From assembly GCA_028534125.1 (NCBI GenBank), contig CM052816.1, positions 53,942,001-54,006,000 on the forward strand: 64,000 bases of DNA. Reading direction: 5' to 3'. This DNA comes from Lama glama. Its lineage: Eukaryota. Under the pieces are notes generated by a model. It made no database searches and was not told the DNA's origin. It saw only the letters and a program-made list of their open reading frames with translations. Shown here piece after piece: positions 23,426 through 35,898 of this stretch. The stretch's first letter is position 1, and each line of letters starts with the position of its first letter. The position numbers and the translations under genes were made by a program.

Positions 23426-24962
23426 ATTTTATTATTTTTTATAATTGAAGTGTAGTTGACGTACAACATTATATTAGTTTCAGGTGTGCAACATAATGAT
23501 TCTACATTTGTATAGATTGTGAAATGATCACCACAATGAGTCTGATTACTATCTGTCACCATACAAAGTTACAAAATTTTATTTATGGTAAGAACTTTTA
23601 AGATTTACTTCGTTAGCAACTTTTGAATTTGCAGTACATTATTACTAACTATAATCACCATGCTGTACATTACATTTCCATGATTTATTTTATAACTGGA
23701 GTTTGTATTTCTTGATCCCCTTCATCCAAGTGACCCACCCCCAACCCCCTCCGTTATGGTAACCATCAATCTATTTTCTGTATCTATGAGGTTTTTTTCA
23801 TCTTGTTTGTTTGTTTTGTTTTTTAGAGTCCACATATAAGTGAAATCATACAGTATATCTTTCTCTGTGACTTATTAGTATAATACCCTCAGTGTCCATC
23901 CATGTTACTGCAAATGGCAAAATTTCATTTTTTATGGCTGAGTAATATTTCATTTCATCTTTATCCATTCATCGATCAGTGGCATTTAGGTTGCTTCCAT
24001 ATGTTGACTATTGTAAATAATGCTGCAGTTAACATGGGAGTCCATGTGTTTTCTCAAATTTGTGTTTTCATTTTCTTCAAATAAATACCCAAAAGTGGAA
24101 TTGCTGGGTTGTATGGTAGTTCTGTTTAATCTTTTGAGGAATCCCCATCCTGTTTCCATAATGGCTGAACCAATTTACATTCCTACCAACAGTGCACAAG
24201 GCTTCCCTTCACATCTTCACCAACAGGTGTGAGATGGTATCTCATTGTGGTTTTGTTTTGCATTTCTCTGATGATTAGTGGTGTTAAGAATCATTTCATC
24301 TGCCTATTAGCCATCTATATGTTTTCTTTGGAAAAGTGTCTATTCAGATCCTCTGTCCATTTTTAAATTGTATTTTTTGGTTCTTGTTACTGAGCTGTAT
24401 GAATTCTTTATATATTTTGGATATTAACCCCTTATCAGATATGATTGCGGATATTTTCCCCCATTCAGTAGGTTGCCTTTTTATTTTGTTGATGGTTTTC
24501 TTCACTGTGCAAAGCTTTTTAGTTTGATGTGATCCCATTTGTTTATTTTTGCTTTTGTTGCCATTACCTTTGGAGTCAGATCCAAAAAAATACCACCAAG
24601 AGTGATGTGAAGAAGCTCACCATATATGTTTTCTCCTAGGAGTTTTATGGTTTCTGGCTTTACATTCAAGACTTTAATCCATTTTGAGTTAATTTGTGTG
24701 TATTATGTAAGATAGTGGTTCAGTTTCATTTTTTTGCATGTGGCTATCCAGTTTTTCCAACACTGTTTATTAAAGAGGCTGTCTTTTCTCCATTGTATAT
24801 TCTTGCCTCCTTTGTCATAGATTAACTGACCATATAGGTGTGGATTTATTTCTGGGCTTTCTGTTCTGTTCTGTTGATCTATGTGTCTGTTTTTTATGCC
24901 AGTACCATATTGTTTTGATTACTGTGGATTTGTAATTTAGTTTGAAATCTGAGAGCATGATT
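23426..24962 (-). mobile_element. L1MA-type LINE 3' UTR and ORF2 end
   Basis: Poly-T head, then attgaagtgtagttgacgtacaac; minus-strand ORF 24344-24538 (KKTINKIKRQPTEWGKI...DKGLISKIYKE) is the L1 ORF2 C-terminal region. Confidence 0.93.
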
Positions 24963-24989
24963 CTTTGGCTGATGAAAAAAAAACTGAGT

Positions 24990-25300
24990 TGTTCTCCTTT
25001 TCTTTCTCAGATTTTGATAGGTTAGGCAGACAGAAAATCAGTGAAGGCTTGGAAGATTTGAGCACAACTGATAACCATCATTTAATGAGCATATATAAAA
25101 TTCTCCTATCAACAGTTGGAGAGTGGATATTCTTAAGCACACAAGGACCATTTCCAAAAATAGATGATATGCTAGGTCATATGTTTCACCATATTTTTAA
25201 GAGCAGTTATCACAACACAGAAGTTAATGACAAAAAGTAAGTTAAAAGAAATCTTGATATATTTGGAAATCTAAAATATTTTTAAATGATGCATGAAAAA
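24990..25300 (+). mobile_element. L1 ORF2 endonuclease-region fragment
   Basis: ORF 24965-25240 contains RQKISEGLEDL...YKILL...EWIFLSTQGPFPKIDDMLGH, a decayed L1 EN motif (SKIDHILGHK). Confidence 0.8.
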
Positions 25301-28049
25301 ATCAAGTTATCTCACCTTTATCACTAGGACCCAGATGCCTACTCTCCCCTCCAGAATGTGAGCCCAACTCAGGAGCAGAGCCGTTTGCTAACGGGCCTGG
25401 CTCTTTTGTCTCATCCCTGTCTGTCCCATAGAATTTTGTATACCATCTCCCTCGGATTGCCCCACTCAGTGCTTGGACTCCCCACCTGACCCTCAACGCC
25501 ACTGCCTTCCATAAACTTAGAAAGAGGGAAGAATGTAAAACTATTTCCATAATTTACGTTTTTAGGTCAAGTGGAAGTAAACCTTGAGAAACAATGTCTC
25601 ACCTTAAATTCCTAAGTGAGACCATGGAAATTTCAATCCCTGCCCTCCATGTTCTGTTTTACGTGGCACTATAGAGGAGATAAGATATTATACAATAACT
25701 AGCCTGCTCCCTGGGGCATACCACCTCAAAGTTGGTATGTGGGTTGACACTATATAGTTGATCTGAAAGAGTTTTCCAGATATAAACACCCACTATCCCC
25801 ATTTTCAAGCGTGAAGAAAGCAACACAAATTCTACCTTAAAAAAAATGGCCACACAATTCATATTTCATCAAGACTTTATATATAAGTGTGACACTTTAA
25901 TCAGATCTCTTTTAAATGGCAGAAAATCCATTTTTTTGTGCTACAAAAACCTGGTGGATTTTGCCCAACTTGCATTTTCTTCAAGGGCAGGCACAATAGC
26001 ACAACAAAGAACTTACAAGGATTGAAAAAGAAGGTCACAGCTCTACAGTCTTTTGGTTCCTGTGACACAGGGAAATGGTGGTCCGCTACCATGATGCTTC
26101 TGGAGCTTATGTTTCAGGGCCTTTCACTTGAAGCAGTCCTTTGTAAAGCCCTGGTTGAGGCCTTAGAAAATTTGAATTTATGATTTTGTATACTTTTTCT
26201 TAAAGGGAGATTTCCAAACTGCATAACCTTAAGGATGCACAAAACTTGGATTTATCTCTAAACATGGACAGTAAAAAATACATGTAAGGATTGAATCTGT
26301 TTCATAACAGGCAAACTCTTGGTACTGGGCTCTGGAAGAAATCCTAGGTCACACTCGATCTGGGCTTGGAAGGGGCTGGGCTAACTTGGATTTGGAAATC
26401 AGAAGAAGTGACTTCAAATGTCCTGTTATGTTAGCATCTTCCTCTTCTCTTTCATTTTCACTAGGCTTTGCTGAACATTCAGTACCAGAAATATTCAGTA
26501 TTGAAATAGCACAGTTACTTTTAATAACCAAACTTTTTCTTGCAGACTTTGGGAAAGTTGCTAAAATAACAATTCACAAAGATTAAATTCTAGGTTAATC
26601 TACAAAATGGGACAGTGCTGGGCACATTTAAGCATTCAGTTTTGTCTTAGAATCGGAATATGCTATAGTTTTTCCTTGCAGGTCTGTCCCAATCTCTGTT
26701 CCAATTCAGTTCTGAACTCAGAGCCAAAAAGCCCAAGAAGGACCTTAATCAGATCACACATCAGCTTAGAATAGTGATTTTAGTGATTTGGACATCTGGC
26801 CACTTGGAACTGGATAAAGGCCACCAACCCACTTGACAAAAGCTACTGAACATCTGTCAATATGGAAATCACTCTCCTTCTAGCTGACCCTCAATCAAAT
26901 TTCAATAGCCAACCTCACAATGAAAGGGCATCTCTTCTCCTCCTATTATTCAGATAAATTGGTGTCATCCAGAAATATCCTACCCATCTACCAACAATGC
27001 TGTCTAAAGTATTTTTTGATGCAAGTGCAGACAGTGTTAACCCAGTGTCCCTTTCATCTGTACTTACCCCTTGCTACGTGACATTTACAAGGGTGATATT
27101 AAAAATACTGAGCCACACATATGGCTCGGGCACTGAAGGCAGCATCTTGGAGATTCTATGTAGAGATTTTGGGAAGAGGATCCCAGAGAAGGGAAGAGGG
27201 GGACATGAAGGTCGGAGGAATACATGACATTTGGGGGAAATCATTGCTTAACATATGCTATAGAGGAATCTCAAAACTTTAACAAGCTATATGACAATAC
27301 CTGTGTGACCAGCTAAACCAGCCTTGGACATAGATACAAAATTTCAAAGATGATGGTCACTGCCCCCAAACATACCACAAATAGATAGGGAGAGATCTGA
27401 GCTAAAGTCTAGTTCAAATAGGGAAGTATGTAGGGGACAATTTCAGACTCTATGCAGCAGTGTTATTAGTTGGTGTGGAAGCAACATTTATTAAACTTTT
27501 TCTGTGTGTATGTACCACATTCTGTGCCGCACTTTGAGCCAGGCAGGAGGTAGTCTTGTTCTGGGACCTACACTTTAGAGGACTTTACAGTTACACACAC
27601 ATGCACACACACTTATTAAGGAACACATGTGGAGCTCTGTCACTTGGGATCCAGTGCTCATTGCTGACATAGGAAGCCCTGACCTCTAAACATCAGCTTA
27701 CATGGCAAACACCTTCCAGGCCCCAGGAAGCACTTTGCCATGTAACCTACTCTGTGTCCTCAAAACAAAAGGCAGCTGCATCCAAATGCTGAGAAGATGT
27801 GTGGATTGTGTCACTGCCAGCTTCAGAGACAGACACTGCTTTTGAGTGCAGGGGGATTTAAGTGGCTAAAGCGCTTAGGTAAGAGAAAAGACAAATTAAT
27901 TAACTTGTCAAATTCTTCGTGTCAGCATGAATGCAATAGAGTCTTATACTATGAAGTATTGTTTCCCAGTAGTGCTTAGCATCCGTTTTCATACTTTTCT
28001 TCCATGTTCCAATTGAGTTCAAGTTCCTGGTTCATGAGCTAGTGCAGTA

Positions 28050-28935
28050 TATGCAACAGCTTTAGGAACATTTTGCAGTATTAAATAATCACATTACTCT
28101 TAAATATCTATGTCTATCTATATAGATTTAGCTAGATATATTTGTCTAGACATACATGAGGATGTGTGATGCAAGTTCTTTATATTGGCAATCAGTTGGA
28201 CATAAAATGCTGTAATTACAACTAGTTTTATCTTTATAAAATACTTAATAAGATTTAATTAAAATTTTAGAAGGTTATGTTAAAAATTTTGGCATTATTT
28301 AAATAAATGGATTTAAATGTTTGATATTTATCAATTATAATTTTCATTCTGCCTTTTTAGTTTAATGTTTAAGTTTGAATATTTTAGAAAAGAAATAAAT
28401 TTTTGAAAAGCATGAAAAATATTAATTGTTACATTTAATATGTCATAAAATATATTAGCATTTCCTTCAGCCTCCAATTACATTCTGTTTTTTAGTCATT
28501 TAGGTCATTACTGCCAACAGAACATAAGTTATGTAAAAATGTTGATTATAACAGCTCTTTAGAAATTTTGCTGAAATAAAAGCAAGGAAAAATTATGGGC
28601 TGAATTTTAATTTTTTATGAATTATGTACATTTTAATTTTATTATTCATCCATAATCCAACAGTGGAATAACAATAATAAAGCACAGTAATAATCAAAGT
28701 TAGTTGTTTTTGATATTTTATATTCTACATGACTTTTTCATATAGAAGCCAAGGCTTTCTACATATTTTTCCATTTTGGCATTTTAACAGACCTTTGTCA
28801 AGGTAGAAAGGATCGTATTTTATTTAATAGTTTGTTAGCTCCACTTATAACTTTAAAATGTGTAAACCTCTGGTGTGGGAGTCTCTATTTGCATGCTTCC
28901 CTCAGGCCTCACAAATGATCATCACGGCCCCGGTC
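28050..28935 (+). mobile_element. hAT DNA transposon fossil (Tip100/Zaphod-like), transposase C-terminus and right end
   Basis: 28508-28592 reads LLPTEHKLCKNVDYNS / NFAEIKARK with one frameshift, like the hAT C-terminal LSIE.E...LDY....F...KARK; GC-rich terminus ...cacggccccg. Confidence 0.65.
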
Positions 28936-29049
28936 AGAAGGTTTAAGGTCTGTATTGAGATAACTTTAAAAATCCCTGAAGTGTGGTGAAACATCGAGGA
29001 GTCTGTCAGTAGAGAGCATTTGGCTTCTGCATCCCTCTTTTTTTCTCAG

Positions 29050-29181
29050 TGCTTGAGCTGGGACAACCCTTCCAACTTCCCTGTCTCGTTTCCCCCTCCC
29101 GACGAATCAGATGCCACTTCAGCCACGGAGGGGAAGACAGCCAACATCACACGATGTGAGAGCCTCGAGCCACGGCTGTGA
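29050..29181 (+). CDS. Candidate terminal coding exon (CLSWDNPSNFPVSFPPPDESDATSATEGKTANITRCESLEPRL*)
   Basis: Strong acceptor ccctctttttttctcag|; 43 open codons in phase 0 then TGA; 9 CpGs in about 145 bp; AATAAA at 29244-29249. Confidence 0.35.
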   Translation, partial: CLSWDNPSNFPVSFPPPDESDATSATEGKTANITRCESLEPRL

Positions 29182-29862
29182 CACGAGTCCGTGAGGGCAA
29201 AGTTTTGCACTTTTTGTAAAAAAAAACAGATTATAACTTGGAGAATAAATTTGAAATACACCATAACCAAGCTGTTTCTAAAGATTAATTTAATATTTTA
29301 TGTGATATCACATATGTCTTGGAAATCATGGTAAAGACACCTGGAATCATAATACTCTTTCAGTGGCAAATGTCATATTACGTTTTTAGGGCATTACGTC
29401 AATTTGGTATTTCACGTATTATTAATAATGCCTCATTACATAAAATTATTACTAAACTGGCAATTAAGTGGATGTGAAGGATCCATATGCTAAACTGCTC
29501 ATAACATTTCAATTATGAATTTCACATCAGATGTCTTCTAGTGTATGTTAACAACACTGGCGAACAGTCTCTTTGCCAGAACCACCCAGATGAACTCTGC
29601 TCTATAGCAAGTGATATTGGCATGAAGTCATTTCGTGCATTTTCCTAAATGAAAATTAGAGATGGAAGCAGCAGATGAAGCAGCTAGTTGTCTCTCTTGG
29701 TAGTAGGAAAGCATTTGTTAATGCTGTAATTAGCTCTCTCTTGAATGTGTAAAGACTTGAGGATGCCATTTATGCGTCTTGATTGACTAAAAAGTTTTCT
29801 TGTTCTTTGACTTACATTTTTTCCCTAAAGGATAAAGCAAACAAACAATAGTGAGTCCATTG

Positions 29863-30170
29863 TTTTTTCTTTTTTTCTTTATAAAAATTGTGGTAAAATA
29901 ACATAAAACATAAAATTTACCATCTTAACTATTTTTTAGTATACACTTCAGTGGCAGTAAGTACATTGACCTTGTACAACCATCACCATCGTCCATCTCC
30001 AGATCGTTTTTCATATGGTGAAAATCAAACTCTGTACCCATTAAAAACTCACTCCCTGTTTCCCTCTCCCCCCAGCCCCTGGTAGCTACCATTCTACCTT
30101 CTGTCTCTACTAGTTTGACTACTCTAAATTCTTCATATGAGTGGAGTCATACAGTGTTTGTCCTTTTGTT
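29863..30170 (-). mobile_element. L1MB 3' end
   Basis: attgtggtaaaataacataaaacataaaatttaccatcttaactatttttagtatacacttcagtggcagtaagtacattg. Confidence 0.88.
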
Positions 30171-30174
30171 TTTT

Positions 30175-30912
30175 CATTATTTTTAATTTCTTTTTTATTA
30201 AAAAAAATTTTATTGAACTATAGTTGACTTATGATGTGTTTCAGGTGTACAGCAAAATGATTCAGCTGTATATATATATGTATGTGTATATATATATGTA
30301 TATATGTATTTTTTCAGATTCTTTTCCATTGTAGGTTATTACAACATACTGAGTATAGTTCCCTGTGCTATACAGTGGGTCCTTGTTGGTTATCTGTTTT
30401 ATGTATAGTAGTGTGTGTCTGCTAATCCCAAAGTCCTAATTTATCCCTCCCTTCCTTATCCCTTTGGTAACCATAAGTTTGTTTTCTATGTCTGTGAGTC
30501 TGTTTCTGTTTTGTAAATAGGTTCATTTGTATCATTTTTTTAAATTTCACATATAAGCGATATCGTTATGATATTTGTCTTTCTCTGTCTGACTTACTTC
30601 ACTTAGTATGATAATCTTTAGTTCCATCCATTTTTCTGCAAATGGCATTATTTCATTCTTTTTTATGGTTGAGTAGTATTCCATTGCATATATATCCCAC
30701 CTCTTCTTTACTCATTCCTCTGTCAATAAATGCTTAGGTAGCTTCCACATCTTGGCCCACTGATGGGTGGAGCTGGGTCCTGGCCTGGTGGGCAGGGCTG
30801 TGTCTAGGGGTGTGTCCATAGGTGGCTGTGGGTTCACAAAGTTTTTAGGCAGCCTGTCTGCTGATAGCTGGGTTTGTGTTCCTGCTGTTGTTTTTTGGCC
30901 TAAGGTGTCCCA
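30175..30912 (-). mobile_element. Artiodactyl L1 3' end joined to an L1 5'-region fragment
   Basis: ttttattgaactatagttgac...tatagttccctgtgctatacagtgggtccttgttg up to about 30755, then GC-rich ggtggagctgggtc...gcagcctgtctgctgat typical of the L1 5' region. Confidence 0.8.
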
Positions 30913-31459
30913 AGAAAAGTGTAAGTGATTTCAACATAGCAGTGCAGAAGGCCATTTGGCTCATTGATTCATTCCTTCCCTTTGTTCCTCTGCAACAGTA
31001 GATAGTATAGGCCTCAATCACAACCTGATTTTAGGGCCTCTGCCAAGAATTGGGGTGAATGACTTAGCTATTAGCATAGTGGACAGAAATTTATCCTCTG
31101 ATTTCTTCTATACGCCCTACTATTGTGCAGTTTCATAAGGCAAATGCACCTTAGGGCTCTTGCATCCAATTACACTGTGCAGTAACATAATGGGTAAAAT
31201 CAGCTGGTTCTTAGACCACTCATCACCTGACATCTTATTGGTGGCTCCATGATTCAAGGTCAGGATGCCTGGTGCAGCTCATTTGAAAATTATCAGATTC
31301 TAAGCTAAATAAAGGTTTCACCAGGATATGAGTGTATTAATTTACAACTAAAGTTTCACTTTCCTTGAAAACTAGACTATTTGATCTCCTCTGATCAGAA
31401 CACACCTGACTCTGTTTCTAGAAACTAGGGAACTTTAACCAATATCCAAAAGATTGTAT

Positions 31460-31690
31460 TTATTTAAAAAATACTTACTGAGCCTCAATAAAGTGCTAAG
31501 CCCTGAAGATGCAAATCTGTGTTCTCAAGGGATTCCAAGGAGTCAAGTAAGAGTCGTACTGGGTTTCTACATTGTGTGTTCAAAATGCAATGAAAATAGA
31601 GGGATGTGGTCAGGTTTGCGGGGATGAAGGTAGAAGCTGAAAGGTGGTCTACCTGAGAAGAGGTTGGTCAGGAAGATCTGATTTGAGGCC
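31460..31690 (-). mobile_element. L2 fragment
   Basis: tatttatttaaaaaatacttactgagcc...gtgctaagccctgaagatgcaaa...ggtcaggaag. Confidence 0.55.
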
Positions 31691-31699
31691 TCTTTTTAA

Positions 31700-31945
31700 A
31701 AAGAAATATAGCCTTATTCCCCAGTTTCTCCTCCTTTCTTCCCTCCTCAGAGGCAATCACTGTCCTGAGGCTGAATACGTTATTTCCATGCATGATTTTT
31801 AGTTTTTAGATGCATGTATGTTTCCATTAACAATATACAGTATCGTTTCCTGTATTTAGATTTTTACCTCTCATACTATGGATCTTTTTGCAACTTGCAT
31901 TTTTTTATATTATGTTTTTGAGACTTATCCATGTTGATACATGGA
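31700..31945 (-). mobile_element. L1ME 3' fragment
   Basis: ccctcctcagaggcaatcactgtcctg...tttttgagacttatccatgttgataca. Confidence 0.7.
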
Positions 31946-31949
31946 GATC

Positions 31950-32390
31950 TGAAACATGGAAGAATTTAGAGATAATGGGAAAGTAAAAATTAACAATGTA
32001 AAATACAAGAGAGGGGGAAAAAAACTCATAACCACCATATTTCTAGCTAGGGTGATCATGTGAATTATAGACAAGGACGAGAAATGTAATAAAGGAAGCA
32101 GATTTAAAATGAGAAGGGCTGGATGATTATTGAGCTCAATTTGAGTAGGGGGAGGTGTGTTTATTGGGGCCGTACTGATAGAGTCTGCTCCGTGGGCAGT
32201 TGGGTTTGAAAATTGCTCGGGAGCGTAATCTGGTCTGGAGATAGAGACTTGCCATTTTACCATAGCGACAGCAGTGACGACTATGTGAATTGGCTTCTTA
32301 CACAGGAAGTTCAAGTTGGGTAAGAAAAGAAGACCAAAAGCTGAACTTAAGGCGACAAAAACCAGCAGTTGAGGGGAAATAGGACCAACA
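31950..32390 (-). mobile_element. L2 fragment
   Basis: gggcagttgggtttg...ctggtctggagatagagacttgcc...aagaccaaaagctgaac; ORF 31925-32395 is its antisense reading. Confidence 0.6.
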
Positions 32391-32419
32391 AACATGGCTC
32401 TCCTTACATCTTTCTAGGC

Positions 32420-32682
32420 AGTGTTCTTTCATGCACTCCTATCAGGAAAACATTTCTGAGCTTGCATCCCCATATTCATATTTACTTATGTATAAATGAT
32501 ATACTGGTCCTATGAAACTAATATATCCCATGCGTCATAACATATATTCCAAAATAGAAATTTTAAATGCATACGATATACAATAAATAGAAATTCTAGG
32601 TGTTCTAGTATTTCTTTCCCACTACCCAGTAGATTATCTTATGTACCCTCTAAAGTGTCCCCATCACTTTTGAAGCCCCTGA
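32420..32682. mobile_element. hAT-Charlie-type MITE fragment
   Basis: cagtgttcttt...cccatcacttttgaagcccctg terminal pattern. Confidence 0.45.
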
Positions 32683-32699
32683 TTAAAATAGATCATCTG

Positions 32700-33196
32700 A
32701 AAGAAGTTATGGTATATATATACAATGGAATACTACTCAGCCATAAAAAGGAATAAAATAATACCATTTGCAGCAATGTGGATGGACCTGGAGACGGTCA
32801 TTTTAAGTGAAGTAAGCCAGAAAGAGAAAGAAAAATACCATATGATATCACTTATATGTGGAGTCTAAAAAAAAGACACAAATGAATTTATTTACAAAAC
32901 AGAAATAGACTCAAAGACATAGAAAACAAACTTATGGTTGCCAGGGGGGAAAAGGGATGGGAAGGGATAAATTGGGAGATTTCCAGGTACTAACTAATAC
33001 ATACATATAATAGATAAACAACAAGGTCCTACTCTATAGCACAGGGAACTATATTCAATATCTTATAGTAATGTATAATGAAAAAGAATATGAAAATGAA
33101 TATATGTATGTATATGTATGACTGAAACTTTATGCTGTACACCAGAAAAAATTGACACAACATTGTAAACTAACTATACTTCAGTTAAAAAATAAT
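32700..33196 (+). mobile_element. Young 5'-truncated L1 3' end with target-site duplication
   Basis: caatggaatactactcagccataaaaaggaat...acattgtaaactaactatacttcagttaaaaaa; TSD aatagatcatctg (32687-32699) / aatagataatctg (33197-33209). Confidence 0.93.
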
Positions 33197-33384
33197 AATA
33201 GATAATCTGGCCTCCTCTTTCATGTGGGAAAATACACACGCATTACCGTTATTCTAAAAGTGGCATTGGTTACTTTTTCTTCAAAGTATTTAGCACACAT
33301 TAAAAAATACAGAGTTGTAAATGTTTGAAAATTTAAATTAAAAATTACTTGTGACATGTGAAATGGGAATTAGAAACTCATTTT

Positions 33385-33775
33385 TTTCCATCAGTTTCTC
33401 CCCCATACCTTCTCCCCAACAATCCCTAACCCTGGCAACCACTGATCTGTTCTTAATCTTTATAATTTTGTCATTTTGATAATACTATATAAATGATTTC
33501 ATACAGTATATGACCTTTTGAGATTGACTTTTTCACTCAACATAATACCTTTGAGATCCATCCAAGTTATTGCATGTATCAATAGTTGGTTCCTTTTTAT
33601 TGCTGAGTAGTATTCCATGGTATGAATGTACCACAGTTTGTTTAATCATTGATCTATTTTGGGTATTTTGGTTGTTTCTAGCTTTTGGCTGCTACAGATA
33701 AAGCTTCTATGAACAATTGTGTATAGGTTTTTATGTGGGTAAAAGTTTTCATTTCTTTGGGACAAACGCCTAAGC
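33385..33775 (-). mobile_element. L1MB/MA 3' region
   Basis: aaccctggcaaccactgatctg...tgctgagtagtattccatggtatgaatgtaccacagtttg. Confidence 0.88.
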
Positions 33776-33821
33776 CCTGCAGAGTATCCAGAAGCTGACA
33801 TGTCTGGAGCCTGTATGATTG

Positions 33822-34285
33822 GTGTAGATTAGGCTGTAGTAACAAAGAGACCCAAACATACAATTGCTCAGTGCAATGAAAGTTTATTTCTTGCTCACCT
33901 AACAGTGCAGTAGGGCTGGAAAAGTATGGTTGGGAAAGACAAGGGGAGATGTGACTGTGAGCCACATTGTCATTCAGGGACCCAGGCTGATGGTAACATT
34001 GCCATCTTTAAAACTTGGCTCCCAGGAGAATACGGGGGAGGGGAGTTGAGGGGTTGCATTTTCATCTCAATCAGCCAGGAAAAGGGAACAAGCATGGAGG
34101 AGTGTTTCCAGGAAGATCATATGTGCAAAGCAGGAAGTGGTGCGCACCATTTGCGCTCATGTTCTGTGGGAGAGAGTGAGTCACGTGTCATCTTCATTCC
34201 CCGAGTGTAAGGAAAGCTGGGACACTGGCCCTACTAGGGTGTCCAAAGAAGTGGGAAGGCTTTTAATGGCCAGTCAGCCACCACA
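33822..34285 (-). mobile_element. MaLR LTR (MLT1K-like)
   Basis: taggctgtagtaacaaagagacccaaac...aagtttatttcttgctcac...tcattcagggacccaggctgatgg. Confidence 0.8.
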
Positions 34286-35898
34286 GAACCCTTTAACTTA
34301 GCTGGTGTCTGCACTGGCTTTTGGTAAAGTGGGAAGAGACCTGAGGGCCCCAGCACAGTGAATCTGCAGCATAGGTGAGGACCCATTTGTCAGAGAGTAG
34401 ACCCAAGTTTCCTTCCCACAAGGGGCAAGAGAGGTAAGTGGTGGCCCCACTAGGCTGATTCTGCCCGTGGACAGAACAGCTGCTCTCTGGAGGGGAATTT
34501 CCTTTCCCTCGAAAGCTAGTCAACTTTTTCTCCAAAACAGAGGATCAGTTGGCAAAAATGAGTTTCCCGGGGCATTTGTTCACTATATGTGACTGTGAGA
34601 GTAGGTGATGGGAAGTCAGTGCAGTTGAACAAGGGAGAATGAGACAGTCACGTCACGTCTGTCTTCTAAGGAGCCCGAGCATCTCACTCTTTGAAAGTGC
34701 TGGATGTCCTTGAAGAAAGTTCTGCTGACAGATTGCAGACGCCAGGCGGATGGGGAGGGCTCTGAGTGTTACAACGTCAGGGCAGGAGCCCTTGCATTGG
34801 TGCCGTCCTTTATTACGGACCCACCCCTGTACAGGTAAAGAGCTGATGCGGAACCAGCATGTGCACATTTTCTTCCCCTCTGCCTTTGGCCCAAGGGCAA
34901 CTGTACAAAATGGGATTAATTGGGATTATGGGGGCTTTGGCTGCTACTCAAGGATGAATGCTTAATTTATGTCTCAGTGATCTTGACTCCTGCCTGATTA
35001 AACTGGCGCACTCGGGCCATTGTTTGCCAAGGACTTTCCTTTCAAAGGATTGGCTACAGGTGGTGCTTTTATGTGACAGACTTTTAGCTTTGACACAGTA
35101 TGTGGCTATAATGGATTGCTGCATTACCTCCTTTCTCTCAGAAGTAACTAAAAGCACAAATAAATTCAATGGTTTCTCCTCTCATCTTTCAGGGCTTTTC
35201 ATTTGCTATCAAAATATCAACAGGTGGGATTGTTCAACAATATATGAATGGATGTAGAATTATTACTGGATAAGAGAAAACAGCATTTGTTTGGAAAATA
35301 TCCACTGAGCAGAGATGTTAAGATTCAAAGTGTCTCACCTCTTAGTGACTCACGGCTGCGAATCAAAAGGTGCCCCTTGGAGGCCGCAGGCCTGATGGTA
35401 TCCCTGTGCAGTTTTTGCTAGCACAATTAAGGGTGGGCTCCTGTGTTATGTGGGCAGCTCAGGCTCTGAGGTGTATTCCAACCTGAGCCAAACTCTCTTG
35501 TTATTTGAAAGGGTGGAAATGTTGTGCAACTTCCATTCTACTGAGATTTAAATGCAGAACTGTCCACAAACCTGAACTGGTTTGATGGTTTTAGCCCATT
35601 TGACTAGTGACGCTGGTTTACAAATATATACAGCAGTTTTTTGACTGACTTCACGTTTTCTTTCTTGGCCCTTGAAGTCAGTCAAAAAAGCCAGGTTGGC
35701 TTGGGCAGATCTGCCCTGTGACATGCTCTAGGCTTTTCCAGAGGCCACATAAGCATCTTCAGAGGCAAATAAAGCTCTTAGACTGAGTAACTTAAGTTTC
35801 TGTCCAAAAGGGATGTGTTATGAGAAACTAGTTTATAAGTTTTCTGTCTCATTAAAAATAAAGGTTGTTGTTTTAACATGCTAGACTAACATGACAAA

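Noticed and set aside
31925..32395. 156-aa hydrophobic ORF
   Set aside because: Lies within an L2 fragment; composition-driven.
34671..34833. Exon-like segment with AG and cag|gtaaag boundaries
   Set aside because: Stops in all three frames and a weak acceptor; at most a non-coding exon, with no support.
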